Positions 12,101-24,575 of a stretch of DNA of 64,000 bases are shown piece after piece. The position numbers and the translations under genes are program-made. Source of the DNA: Scenedesmus sp. PABB004 (Eukaryota); NCBI GenBank assembly GCA_014905635.1, contig JABVCE010000014.1, positions 930,001 to 994,000 of the forward strand, in the 5' to 3' direction. Positions within the stretch are counted from its first letter, which is position 1. Each line of letters opens with the position of its first letter. The notes below the pieces were generated by a model. It worked only from the letters and a program-made list of their open reading frames with translations. It had not been told where the DNA came from and did no database searches.

Positions 12101-13349
12101 GGCGGCTCGCCGCTGCTGTGCATGACACAGGAGGTCAGCCGAGCCTCGGCCACCGCGCAGACGGGCCGTGCAGCTGGGCCGGCACGCGGCGCAGGCGGGC
12201 CGAGCATGCGCCGACGCGCCCGTGCCGCCGCCGCGTGCCTGCGCGCGTGCGCCGCCCGCCCGCAGCTCCAGGTCGAGGTGGTCGCTGGCTTCCGCAGCGG
12301 CACGTCCAACGTGCTGCTGTCGACGGCCATCGGCGCGGAGGGCCTCGACTTTCGCCAGGTCAGCTGCGTCGTCGCGCTGACCCCGCCCTCAAACGCGACC
12401 TACTACATACAGGTACAGGCAGGCTGCCGGCTGGCCGCGCGGGCGGCCGGCAGGGTCGGGCGGGCGGGCGGCGGCGCGGCGCACTCTGCTCACGCGCGCC
12501 GCGCGGTGCGGGTTTGCCGCAGGCGCGCGGCCGTGCGCGCCAGCGGGGCAGCGAGTTCTGCTGGCTCGTGCCGGCCAGCGGCGCGGGCGCGGGCGTTCGA
12601 GCCAAGAAGTGTGCGCTCGTGCAGTGCGTGCCCGCGCTCGAGCCTGGCGCGCCACGCCGTGCCTGGCACCCGGGCCGTGCTCGCCCTGCTCACCTGCTGC
12701 CCCCGACCTGTGCAGGGCGGCGGACGAGCAGGCACGCCTGGCAGTGCGCGTGTCTGCCGCAACGCGCGCGGGCGAGCCGGTGCCAGGCGGGGACGCAGCG
12801 GGCGGCCCGACGCAGCACCACCCGGAGCACCTGGTGCTGCCGCATGGCGGAGTAGCAACGCTGCGCCTCGCGCAGCCGCTGCTCGTGGGCATCTGCGCCA
12901 AGCTGCCCGGTTCCACGACGTGCGCGCTGCGTGCGGCGCGGTCGCAGCGCATGGCTGTGCGCACAGCCGCCCGCGCGCAGCACGCAGCAGCACACTCACG
13001 CGCCCGCCTGCCTCCGAGCAGCGACGCGCCACTGCAGGCCTTTTACTCCACGCGTGGCGTCCCCGTCGCCGGCCAGCCCCTCTTCACCACGACCATCTTC
13101 CTGCCCTCAAACGCGGGCTTGGGCCGCGCCATCCGCGGCCCAGCGCAAGCAAACGCCAAGGCGTCCAAGAACGCCGCCGCGCTGGAGGCCATCGCCGCGC
13201 TGTGGCGCGCCGGCAAGGTCGACGACTGGCTGCAGCCGACGTGGGGCAGCCCGCGGCACGCGCAGCAGCTGGGTGAGCGGCGGGCAGGCGCGCTCGGGCG
13301 GGGGGCGCCGCGCGGGGGCCGGCCCTGCTCGGTGCTGAGGCGCCCGCCC

Positions 13350-13425
<76 letters not shown>

Positions 13426-16400
13426 GACTCCAGCGGCGGAGCCCATCCCGCCCGTCCGCCTGGAGGTGGCGCTCGAGGAGCCGCTCGGCCCTCGGCGCCT
13501 GGCGCTGAGCCGCGCCGGCGACGCGGTGACGCTGCACCTGCACGCGTTTAGCCTGTCGCCGGCGGCTGCGGGCGACGCGGGCCTCGCCGACCTGCTGGCC
13601 CAGGCGGTCGGCGCGTGCGAGCGCTGCGCGGCGGTGCCGGGCGCGCTGCCAGGCCGTCCGGGCGCGCGCGGCGGCGGCGGCGGCCACGTGCTGCAGTACG
13701 GCGTGCTGACATGGGAGCCGCTGCCGCCGGAGCTGGAGTGGCCCGCCTGGACGCACAGCGACCAGGCGGCGCCGCACGTCGTGCGCGCGGCGAGCACCGC
13801 CGTGCGGCTCGGCCCGGCCCAGCTGCTGGCGCTGATGCGCCTGCAGCGCGTCACGCACAACCTGCTCGGCTGGTCCAGCAAGCGCCTGCTGGGCACGGCC
13901 GACGCCGCCGCCGCGGTCGGTGGCTTCAGGCCGCTGGAGCCGGGTGCGCTCAACGCCGCGCTCGGCTGCTGGTGCGCGGGGCTGCCCGGCGACGGCCCGG
14001 CCGACGCCGCCGCCGCGGCGGCCACGCACGCGGCCGCGCGGGGTGGCGCGCCGTCCGCGGCGGACGACGCGGCCGCAGCCGCGGCGCTGGTGGGCAGCGA
14101 GCTGGCCTACCTGTTCGTGCCAGTGGTCCTGCAGCAGGGCGGCGCGGCGCTGGACTGGCGCGCCGTGCTGGCGGCCGCGCAGGGGGTCAGGCCCGCGGCC
14201 GAGCTGGTCGCCGGCGGCGCGCCGCCTGGCGCCGCGCCGGCCGCGCCCACGCCGGCCGGCGCGCCGGCAGCGCTCGCGCCGCTGCCCGCGGGTGCGACGC
14301 CGGCGCAGGTGCTCGCGGCCGAGCCGTGCCTGGCGGGCCGCGTTGTCATCGCCGGCCACAGCAGCGCACTCTTTCGCTGCATGGGCGTCGCCGCGCACGT
14401 GACGTCCGGCGCGCCGGCGGAGCTGCGGTGGGCCTCGGGCGGCAGCGGCGGCGCGGCGAGCAGCCACGCGGCCTACTTTGCTGAGCGCTACGGCGTGTCG
14501 GGGCTGCGGCCAGACCTGCCGATGCTCGCCGCCAAGGGCGCGGGCTGGCGCAAGGGCCTGGGCCTGCTGCGCCGCCCGCTGCGCCCGCCGCAGCTGCAGG
14601 AGCGGCGCCCCCGCGCCGGCGGCGGCGCGGCGGCGGTGCCGGCCGACCTCGCGTCGCCAGAGGCCGCCGCCGCGGCGGCGCGCTTTGACGGCGCCGGCGC
14701 GGACGCGGCGGGGTGCGAGGGCGGCGCGGGCGCGGGGGCGGCGGCGCCGGCGAGCGCGCGCCGCCGCTGCTGCCGCTGGAGCTGAGCTGGGTGCTGCCGC
14801 TCAGCGCGAGCGCGTGGTCGGAGCTGGAGCTGCTGCCGGCGTTTGTGTGGCGCGCCAACAGCCTGCTGCGCGCGCGGCGCCTCGCCGCGCGTGTCGCGGA
14901 CCTGGCCGAGCGCGCGGGCGGCGCGTTCCCCGTGCCGCCGCCGCCGCTGCTGCTGGCCGCCACCACCGCCGCGGGCGCGGGCGAGGCGTTCGACTGCGAG
15001 GCCCTGGAGTTCTTGGGGGACGCGCTGCTCAAAGCGCTCGCGAGCAGCCAGCTGCTGCAGGCAAGGCCGCGGCTTGCACGTTGTGTGGGGTGCTAGGCCA
15101 GCCCCGCGCCAGGGGGTGGGGCGCGCAGCGGGCGCCGTCACGTGATACGTGACGGTCATGACCAGGCCCTCGCTGCTGCCGCCGCCGCCGCAGGCGCTGC
15201 CGCCCGACGCTAACGAGGGCGAGCTGAGCGTGGCCAAGGCGCGCCTGGTCCGCAACGTCGCGCTGGCGCAGGCGGCGCAGCGCCCGGGCGGCCTCGAGCT
15301 CGCGCGCCACGCGCACCTGCTGCCGCTCCTAGACCCCTGCGACCTCACGCCCACGGGGGACGGCGCGCCGCTGGGGTTGCTGCGCCAGCCGGACCGCACC
15401 CTAGCCGGCAAGCGCCTGGCCGACTGCGTGGAGGCGCTCGTGGGCGCTGTGTACCTCACTGCAGCTCAAGGGGACGACGGCGGCAGGCACGGCGAAGACA
15501 TAGCGCTGGTCAGCCTGGACGGCCTGGCCGCCGCCGCGGCGTTCTGCGAGGTTATTGGTGTGCTGCCTGAAGGTGCGCGGCCTGCGCTGGTCGGTAGCCG
15601 CTCGCGCGCCGTTCGGCCGCCCACGCGCACACCCGCCACTCCCTGTCGCCCCTCCTCTCCACCCCCGCGCGCAGGGGCGGCGGCCGCCGCACGCGCCGCG
15701 CCGCTGGCCGCCTTCCCGGCGCCGCCGGGCCGGCGCGCCGCGCCGGCGGCCGCACCAGCGCTGCTGGGCCACGCGTTTGACCCCGCGCGGCGCTGGCTCG
15801 CGTCCCAGGCGCTGACGCACGTGAGCGTGCTGGGCGCACCGAGCTACCAGCGGCTCGAGTTCCTCGGAGACGCCCTGCTCGACCTGGCGGCGTCCCGCTG
15901 GCTGCAGCGCCGCGTCGCCGCCGCGAGCGCAGCGGCCAGCGGCAGCGCGGCGTGCGCGTACACGCCCGCCGAGCTCACCTGGCGGCGCGCCGCGCTCGTC
16001 AGCAACGCCAACCTGGCCCGCCGTGCCGTGGCGGAGGGCCTGCACCAACGCCTCGTCACCCGCAGCCGGCAGCTGCAGCGGTGCGTCAGGCGCTTCGCCG
16101 CGGCGCCCACCGGCGGCGGCGGTGGCGGTGGCGGCGGCGGCGGCGGCGGCGGCGGCTGCGCCGGCAGCACCGTGACGGAGGCTGCGGCAGCGTCTCCGCA
16201 GGGGCGCGCGTGCGCAGCGGGGCTGCCAGGCGACGGCGCGGCCTGGTCGCCTCGGTCCAGACGTATCTGGGAGGAGGTGTGGACCAGCAGCGGCGAGGCC
16301 GGCGGCAGCGAGGCCGGCGGCGGCGAGGGCGGCAGCAGCGACGCCGACGGCGCGCCCCGCCCGCCCAAGGCGCTGGCGGACGTCTCCGAGGCCCTGCTGG

Positions 16401-16501
16401 GCGCCGTGTTCCTGGACGCCGCGCAGCGCGGCGGCGGCACGGCGCCCGGCTGGGTCGCGGCGTCGGCTGCGGCGCGGCGGCTGTTGAGCCTCTGCGAGTG
16501 A
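9175..16501 (+). CDS. DCL: Dicer-like RNase III (helicase, DUF283, PAZ-like, two RNase III domains)
   Basis: PRRYQAE, LPTGAGKT, LDEAHH, LALTASP, AEGLD, YIQ-ARGRAR; DUF283 (KNAAALEAIAALWRAGKVDDWLQP); PAZ-like AAYFAERYG; EALEFLGD/KRLADCVEALVG and QRLEFLGD/KALADVSEALLG. About 17 introns. Frame break near 14730-14760. Confidence 0.95.
13350..13425. repeat. (CCG)n microsatellite in a Dicer intron
   Basis: Uninterrupted ccg run. A similar (GGC)n run lies in the sirB intron at about 4055-4101. Confidence 0.9.
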
Positions 16502-17045
16502 CTCGAGTCGCGGTTGGGCCTGCACGAGCCGATCGCGTGGCGCAAGGGCGCGTGTTGCATGGCCACTGCGGTGGCAAGTTGCCAGGAGGAGCTGTTGTCG
16601 TCGTTGAACCAACCGACCGCAGGCGACCGCCGCGGCACCCAACAGCCGCAGTGCCGCCCGCCCGACCACGCCGCCGCGCTGCACAGCAGCCGCACGGCGC
16701 CGGGCGGCCCGTCAGTGACTGAAATGGCGCGTGGCACGAGCTCCCGGCGCACGAACGCGTCGCGCGCGTGCGCTGGGGGCGTTGCACCTGGCGTTGGTCT
16801 CATGACGCACTGGGGTCCCGCCGCAGCGCCGCCGCCGGCCTTCCCGCCGACCGCCTGATGCTCCGCCGCCCCTCCGGCCCTACCCACACATCGGCCCGTC
16901 TCCTCGTCGGCCATCCGCCGACCTGCTACGGCACAGACGCCGCCCGCCAGCTCGGGCCGCCCTCGAGACCCTCCCGTCGCGCACCCAGCGCCGCCGCGGA
17001 CGCGGACGCGTGGTCACTGACCCCTTGTGGCCCTGATCAAGCGCC

Positions 17046-18329
17046 ATGGCGCGGCGTCACGCCGCGCTGGCCCTCCTGCTGGCGGTGGCGGTCTTCGATG
17101 CCCGCGCCAGCGGCGCTCAGTTGGACCCCGCCACCTATGACCCACAGGCCGTCGATTGGGCGGGTGTCGTTTCCGCGTGCAACGCAGCCGCCCGCGGCGA
17201 GCGGCGCATGGCGGCCTTCATGACCAGGGCGGCCTTTCATGACGCGCTCAGCGTCGATGCCGCCTGCCTGGCCGCCGGCGACCCCCAGTCGGCCTCCTAC
17301 GCGTGCGGCGGCGCAGGTGGGCGTGAAAGCGAGGCGCACCGGTGGCGTCACCGCCGCGCTGCCCGCTGCTGCTCACCCGGCTCCCCACCGCCGCAGACGG
17401 CTCGCTGGTGCTCAACGATGCGGAGCAGGCGCGCAACGAGAACGGCATGGCGCAGGCGTCGTTCGCCAAGCGCGCCGCGTGGCTCGTCGCGAACATCACC
17501 GCCACCTACGGCTGCTCCGCCGCCGACGTGCGCACCGCGCGCACCTGCACACCCCCGCCGCCCTGCCCCGCCTCGCGCGATGACGCGCGTCGCCGCTGAC
17601 CCGCCGCCCCCTCGCCCTCTCCCTCCTCACCCCCCAGGCGCTGGCGGTGTGTGGGATGACCATGATCTCTGCCCTCGGCGCGCCCGACCTGCTCACGCTC
17701 GCGCCGCTGCAAGTCGGCCGCGTCGACCGGGCAGGCCCCAACCCCGACGGCTTCCTGCCCGCCGCGGGCGTGACGTCCGACGAGGCGATGGCATTCTTCA
17801 ACGCCCGCGGCATCTCCACCGGCGACGGCGTCGCGCTGCTCGGCGCGCACTCGCTGCTGCCGAGCAAGGGCTGCATCACGTGAGCCGCGGCGCGCAGCGC
17901 ACAGCACGCAGCACGCCGGGGCCGGCGCGCCAGCGCGCAGCGCGCAAGGGCCGCCGCGGACGCGCCCCGACGCGGCCCTCGCCCGCGCAGGAACTACAAC
18001 GGCGCGGGCGCGCCGACGCTGTGCGACGCCACGCCGCAGCCGGGCCCCGGGCCGCGGCCGTCGCCCAACCCCAACCCGCCCCAGCAGCCGAGCCCGCGGC
18101 CAAGCCCCGCGCCCCGCCCCGCCGCCCGCGGCCCCGCCCCGTCCAGGGCCCCGGTGGCCGCAAACTGGCTCAGGGCGGCGGCCCGGGCGGCGGCGGCCCG
18201 GGCGGCGGCGGTGGTGGTCAGCAGCCTCCGCAGCGGCCGGGTGGCGGCGGTGGCGGCCAGAACCCTCCGCAGCAACCCGGCGGCCAGCAGCCCCCGCAGC
18301 AGAACCCCCCGCAGCAACCCGGCGGCCAG

Positions 18330-18389
<60 letters not shown>

Positions 18390-19214
18390 AACAACGGTCC
18401 GGGCCAGCTCGGTCGCGCTTGTGGGACGCCTGCGCAGCAGATGTTCCACTTTGACAACCGCTACTACGTTGACCTCTGCACGCCCAGCATCGTGGTGGGG
18501 CCGTCCGAGGTGGCGCCGACGCCGATCAGCGAGCTGAGCGAGGCGGACTACAACGCGACACTCGCAACGGCGCAGTGCGGCTACTCGAGCGCGGCCTTCA
18601 AGGCCGCCGCCGCAGCGCGGCTCGCCGCGGCGCGCGACGGGAGCCAGCCGCTGCCCACCGTCAAGCTCAATGCGGGCGTGACCTGGGACAACAGCGGCTG
18701 CCCCGCGGCCGCGGGCCTGCAGCCGCCCCCGCTCGGCGCGGCCGCGGCCGCCAACTGCCCCCACCCGACGCAGCCCACCTGGTTCTACACGCGCAACGAC
18801 GCCCTCGTCGGCCTCGCCTGCCAGGCGGGCCCCGGCCCCGGCGGCGCGCAGCCGTCGGAGGTGCAGCGCGAGATGACCAAGTATGCCCTCAACAACGGCG
18901 CCTGGGTGCGCGACTACGCGATCGCGTTCACCCGCATGGTCGGCGTCGGCGCGCGCTGGGCGCCGCGGGCGTTCTTCCCGACCTGGCGCGAGTGCCCCGC
19001 TGGCGGCTGGCGCGCCGGCCCCGCGGCGGCGCCGGGCACCGACTGCAGCACCTGCGGCGTGCTGCCGGTCGTCACGGTGCTGCCGCTGCCCTCGACGCCC
19101 CCGGCGCCGCCGGCCGTGCCCGTGCCGGCGCCTGGCTACGCCTGCCCCGCGGGCTGCATCTGTGCGAGCGCGTTCGGCCCCGCCGACGTGCTGACGGTCA
19201 ACCCCACGCTCTGA
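17046..19214 (+). CDS. Secreted heme peroxidase (non-animal superfamily, class-III-like) with a Pro/Gly/Gln insert
   Basis: Signal peptide then QLDPATYD; distal RMAAFMTRAAFHD; GADGSLVL; CSAADALA; VGRVD; proximal VALLGAHSL; FDNRYYVDL; YAIAFTRMVGVG. Confidence 0.88.
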
Positions 19215-19661
19215 TGAGTGAGTGCGCATGGTGAGGGCCGAGCCCGGCGGCGCCGCCGGCGCTCAAGAGCATCGATTTTGTGCTGCTTCTGCTTCCTATG
19301 TCGCACTGCGCTGACGGCTCGTGCATGCCCGCTCTGCTATGCTCTGCTGAGGCTCGACGTGCGTGGTGCTCTGTCTCTGCCGGCCCGCCCTCTTGCTTGA
19401 TGGTTGTCCCACCCGCTGGTTGCACGCGCTGGCTGCATGGTGACGGCTTTTTGCTGCGGCCTGCGCCCCACCTGCCGCTGAACTGAACCGTGTCGAGTTG
19501 TCGCTCAGAAAACCCCACTGCTCTCTCTCGGCGTGGGCTTGCTTGACCCAACCGCCTGCTGCTGGCCCCTGGCCACGGGGTGGCCACGCTCTCGCTCCCA
19601 ACCACTTGCTCGCGCGTCAAGCCGCGTGCTGCACAGTATTCTCAGCACAGAACTGAGCTCC

Positions 19662-19666
19662 TGTAA
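19662..19666 (+). terminator. TGTAA polyadenylation signal (peroxidase 3' end)
   Basis: TGTAA is the chlorophyte poly(A) signal. It is rare in this GC-rich window and lies about 450 bp after the peroxidase stop. Confidence 0.55.
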
Positions 19667-19688
19667 CATAGCCACAGCTGGTCGCGCC

Positions 19689-22600
19689 TCACGCCAGGCC
19701 CAGCTGCTCCTTGAAGGCCGCCTCCAGCTCCCGGTAGCGCCGCTCCGCCCGCGCCGCGTCGGCCGCCGCAGCCACCGCGGCCGCGCGGTCCACGCCCGCC
19801 TCGCTGGTGCGCTGCCGCGGACCCGCGCCCTCGTGGGCGCCGCCCAGCGCCGGCCCCAGCGTCAGCCGCGCGGGCGGCGCCGCGAGCGCGCCCGTGGCGC
19901 TCGCGATGCTCTCGCGCACACCCGCGTCGCGTGCGCCGGCGGCGTCCGGCGGCGCCGCGCCACCCGGCCCCTCCTCCGCCGCCTGCTTGCTCTCCTCCAG
20001 GCGCTTGAGCGCGGCGGCGCGCAGCGGCTGCAGCGCGGGGCGGCAGCGCTGGTCGGCGTGCTGCGCCCGCGCAGCGCGCCGCGCGCAGCCCCCCCCCCCC
20101 CCAGCGCCGCGCCGCACCTGGCGCGCCGCCACGTCGGCCAGCCGCGCCGCCTCACGCGCCACAAAGCCCTCCATGAGGTGCCGCTCGTTTGGCAGCGGCC
20201 GGCGCAGCGGGCGGGGCAGCTCGAACAGGCGCAGCACGCCGGCCGCGTCGCCGACCGCGAGCACCTGCAGCCCGCCGCCCGCCGCTGGGTGGCGCGCCGC
20301 GTGGGCGCCGCCGCCGCCGCCGCCCTCGCCGCCGCCAGGCGGCGGCTCGCCGTCGCCGCGCGCCGGCGGCGCCGCGTGGCGCGGCGGCGGGGAAGTCAAC
20401 GCGAGGCTGGCGATCGCGACGCTTGAGACGCTGACGCGCAGGCTGGGCTCGTGGTTGCGGTCGAGCAGGTCCCAGACGTGCAGGCTGCCGCCACAGGTGG
20501 ACAGGAAGAGGAGACCGGGGCGCGTGGGGCTCCACACGGCTGGGGACGGGCGGGCGGGCGGCGGGGGCAGGGGCAGCGTGGGCATGCAAGTGCAGAGCAC
20601 GCGGTGCGCGGCCCGCTGACCGGCAGCGCCGCATGCTGCGCAACCGGCGGCGCGGCGCGCTGGCAGCGCACCGGCGGTGTACGCCTCGTCGGCGTTGGGG
20701 CTGGTGAACACTGGCTCGCGGCTGTCGGGGCCCTGCCACAGCCGGAAGCTCCAGTCGTCAACGCTCAGCAGCAGGTCCGGCAGGAACGGGCTCGGCGCGA
20801 GCGTGACGAGCGGGCCGGCGTGCGACGCAAACACGCTCTGCGCGGCGTGGGGCGGGCGGGCCGCGCGCGTGTGGGCGCGCGTGCCGGGCGCGGCGACGAG
20901 CGACAAACACGGCACACGCACGCTCCGCCGCGTGCGCCGCACCTTGGTGTAATCCGGGTTGTCGTCGCCCACGGGGCGGATGAAGGTGCCGCAGAGCAGC
21001 TCGCCGTCGAGGCTGCCCGCGGCAAAGGTGCCCGAGTCGAGGCCGCGCGGGTCAAAGGTGAAGCGGCAGCCCGCAAAGTCGTTGCCTGCGCGCGGCACGC
21101 CGGTGCGGCAGGGCTGGACGGCGCTGCGCGGCGTGGCGTGCCATGTGGCGCGTGCTGATTTCGCAATCTCATGCTGCGGCCTGTGCGCGCGCACCCGCAG
21201 CGCTCAGCAGGTGCACCGCGTGCATCGGCCGCCACACGAGCTCCGCCACCGCGGTCGCGTCGTCGGCGCGCTTGGTTCCGCGCTTGATCAGCTTGTCGAC
21301 GCGCGCGTCCCAAAACAGCACCTGCCGCGGCGCGCGCATACGTGTGTGGGCGCGCGTGTGCGCGGGTGCTGGGCGCGGCGGTCGCTTGTGCCGGCGCTCA
21401 GCAGCCGCTCCGCGCCGGCGCTGTGCGCGGGCCGTGCGCGCGAGCCCGCTGCACACACCTTGCCGTCCGCGGCGATGCTGGCGAAGAAGCAGCACTCGCG
21501 CGGCACGGTGCTGCCCGCCTCGGCCGCGGCCTTGGCCGCCGCACCGAGCGTGCTGCTGCGCAGCAGCGCCTGCGCGCTCGTGCCGGCGGAGCTGGCGCGG
21601 ATGGCAAAGCACTTGCCGCCGCGGTCGATCTCGATCCCAGGCAGCCACGCGACGTCCGTCACGGCCGACGTGTGCGACGCCTCCACCGCCGACAGGTACC
21701 TGCCGCGGCAGCCGCGGCGGCGTGGCGCGGCGGCGGTCAGCGACGGGCGCACGCGCGTGCGCGCGAGCGCGGAGCGAGGCCGAGCCGCGTGCGGCCGGCC
21801 GGCGCGTGGCTCCGTGCATCTCACTTGTGGCGCAGCACCTGCGTCGCTGCCTCCTCGTCGCGCGCGTCCTCCCAAAGCGCGCCACCGCGGCCGCTGCCCG
21901 CGCCGCCGGCGTCGGCGCCGCCCGCCGCGCCGCCGCGCCGTGCCGCGGGCCCCGCCAGCTCGGCGGTGTCCCACAGCACGAGCTGGCCGTTGTACGCGCC
22001 GCCCACGACGAGGTCCGGGTTGGCCGGGTTGTGCTGGAACGAAAAGATCTGCGCGCGCGCCACGCGCGGCGACGCACTCAGCCAGGCCCCAGCGCCCACG
22101 CCGCGCGCTGCCGCCTCCCTGCCGCCGCGCGCCGCCCTCTTCCCCGCCGCCGCCGCCGCCGCCGCCGCACCTCGTGGGGGCTCTCCAGCACGTACTGCGG
22201 GTGGATGGGATCCCTGAAGCTCCAGACCAGCACGTACGCCGGGCTGAGCCGCCCCGCGCCCGCGAGACGCTCCGTCTGGCCCGCCGCGTCGGTGCACGCG
22301 CACGCGACGACGCCCCGGCGGTGCGGCAGCCACGCGATGGCCGACACCACCTGTGGCGCGCGGCGTGGCGCGGGTCGGCGGCAGCGGCGGCGGCGGCAGC
22401 GCTGCCACAGCGCAGGGGTTAAGTTTTGCCACCGCAGCACCTTGTTCTTGCTGTAGGTTAGGTGGGTGAAGCTTTGCGCCTCGATCAGCCCGCCGTGCGC
22501 CGCGCGGCCGGCGCCGGCAGCCTTTGTGTCGCCGCTGCCTGTGCCGGCGCCGCCTCCGGCCAGGCCCTCGCCCTCCTCGTCTGCGAGCTGGTCCAGATCG

Positions 22601-23976
22601 TCCGCCAGGATGTCGCCCACCGCGTTTTGCAGCAGCACCTCGTCCAGCCTGGGCGGCAGCGCGCACACGGGTCGCGCGGGTCGCGCGGGCGGGCAGGGCA
22701 GCGCTCGGTGAGGCTCGGCGGGCGGGCCGCGGCGGCGGCGCGCGGGTCGAGGTGGTGGGCGCTCGCCGCCGCGCCCGCCTGCCACTCACCGCGGCCGCAC
22801 GGCCTCCAGGAATGTAGCAAAGCCCGACGAGCTGAGCAGCGCATCCACCTCCTCCGCCGGCAGCTCCCTCGGCGCCGTCTGTGTGCTCCCTGGGCGCGGC
22901 CGGCCTCCGGTGGCCTGCCGGCGGGCCGGACGGGCGGGGGCAGGGTGAGCCAGCAGCGCCACGAGGGCCCACCGGCCGCGCCGTGCCGTGCCGCGGCGCG
23001 CACCTGCACCGCCGCCTCGCGTAGCCGCGGCACTGCCTGTGTGCCGCTGTCCAGCGTCGCGCGGCGCAGGTCGTATGTCACGTCCCGGAACGGCGCGATC
23101 TCGTTGGCGTTGCTCGCCCACAGCTCCGATGCGGGCACGTCCACAAACGCGGCGCGGCCGCCAAACGCGCGGCGCGGCCGGCTGAGCAGCAGGCCCGCCG
23201 CGGGCGGCCGCGGCGCGGTGGAGAGGTCAGGCGCCGCGCCGGCGCCAAGGCCGGCGCTGGCGACGATGCCCGTCGCCGCGAGCTCCGCCTGCGGGGCGAC
23301 GGGCGGCGCTGGGCGCCCAGCTTTGCGGCCGGCCGGCGCAGGCGCCCTGCGCGGGTGCCCACCTCGGTGCCCTGGTCCTGCCACGGCCGCGGCTCGCGCC
23401 GCCGCCGGCTGCGTGGCGCCGCCGCCGCCGCCGCCTCCTCGGCGGCGGCCGCCGCCGCGTCGGCGGCCGCCCACGCCTCGGCCGCGCTGCGCGTGAGCGC
23501 GAGCTCGTAGTTGCTGCCGTCACCGTAGGCGTCGTCCGGCACCGCCCGCACCTCCAGCACGTCGCAGTCGCTTGCCTTGAGCGCGTCCCGCACGCAGTGA
23601 AAGTCGCTGATGGCGCCTTGAAACTGCACGTCCGCCAGCAGCGCCGCGCGCGACACCGCGCCGAGCGGGGGGCGGCCGCCGCCTGCGGGCCGCCAGCGGC
23701 GGCGGCGCCCGCGCCGGGCAGGCCCAGCGCCTCTGCGGTCACGCCTGCGCGCGGGCGGCGACGGCGCGGCACGCAAGCTGGCGGCGCGGCCGGGCGGCGG
23801 AAGGGGCCGCCGTGCCCGCAGCGGCCGGGCCGCTGCGCAGCACACGCACCGCGCACAAACAGCGCACGCACGCCCGGCAGCGGCTGTCTCCGTCCGTCGG
23901 CGTCCAGCACGTACGGCAGCGGCGGCGACGCCTGCTCTGGCGCCGCCGCCGGCGCGCCGTCCGGCGGCTCCGCCAT
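19689..23976 (-). CDS. DNAI3: Axonemal dynein intermediate chain IC140/WDR63-like (WD40)
   Basis: GAISDF, LSRPRRAFG, QNAVGDILADD, QSFTHLTYSKNKV, VLVWSFRDPIHPQYVLESP, NPDLVVGGAYNGQLVLWD, SPFLPDLLLSVDDWSFRLW, WSPTRPG and WDLLDRNHEPS. Confidence 0.88.
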
Positions 23977-24575
23977 GCCCGCGAGCGCGCTGCTGTCGGG
24001 CCGCTGCACGGCCGCCGCTACGCCGGCCGTCCCGCGGCCGCGCGAGATGGACGGCCCATGCGGCTAGGGGGTGCTGGTACGGGCTTCGTCCCAGGAGGCC
24101 GCCCGTGCAGGACGGTGCAGGCGTTGGTTGCGCGCTGCTGCTGGCAGGGGGAGAGGGGGGGAGAGGCTAAGGAGCGATTCCGGGAGGTCTGCAGCGAGTG
24201 ACGGAAACCTGGAGTGCGCCCGCTGGCAACGGGGTGCGGCGGCGGCGTTACGAGCGGCGGTCAAAGCGCCGCGACAACCCCGCCAGGCGTCCTGCGTGAT
24301 CTCTGCGAAGCCCCCTCACTGCTGATGACACAAGTAATCAAACGGCCTGCCTCTCAAGAGCCCGCGCGCGTTCGAGCTCCCGCGTCGCAGCGTAGCGCCC
24401 CGCTGATGCGCGACCGCTCCTCCCGCCGGCCCGCCTGCTGAGCACCGCCCTGCAGTGGCCCCAGATGTGATACGAGCTCTCCTGAAGCAGGTGGAGCGCG
24501 GTCACGCGCAAGCAGCAGGCGGCGGCGCCGCGGGCGGCCGCTGAGCGCCGCGCAGCAGCGACGGCGGCGGGCGCC

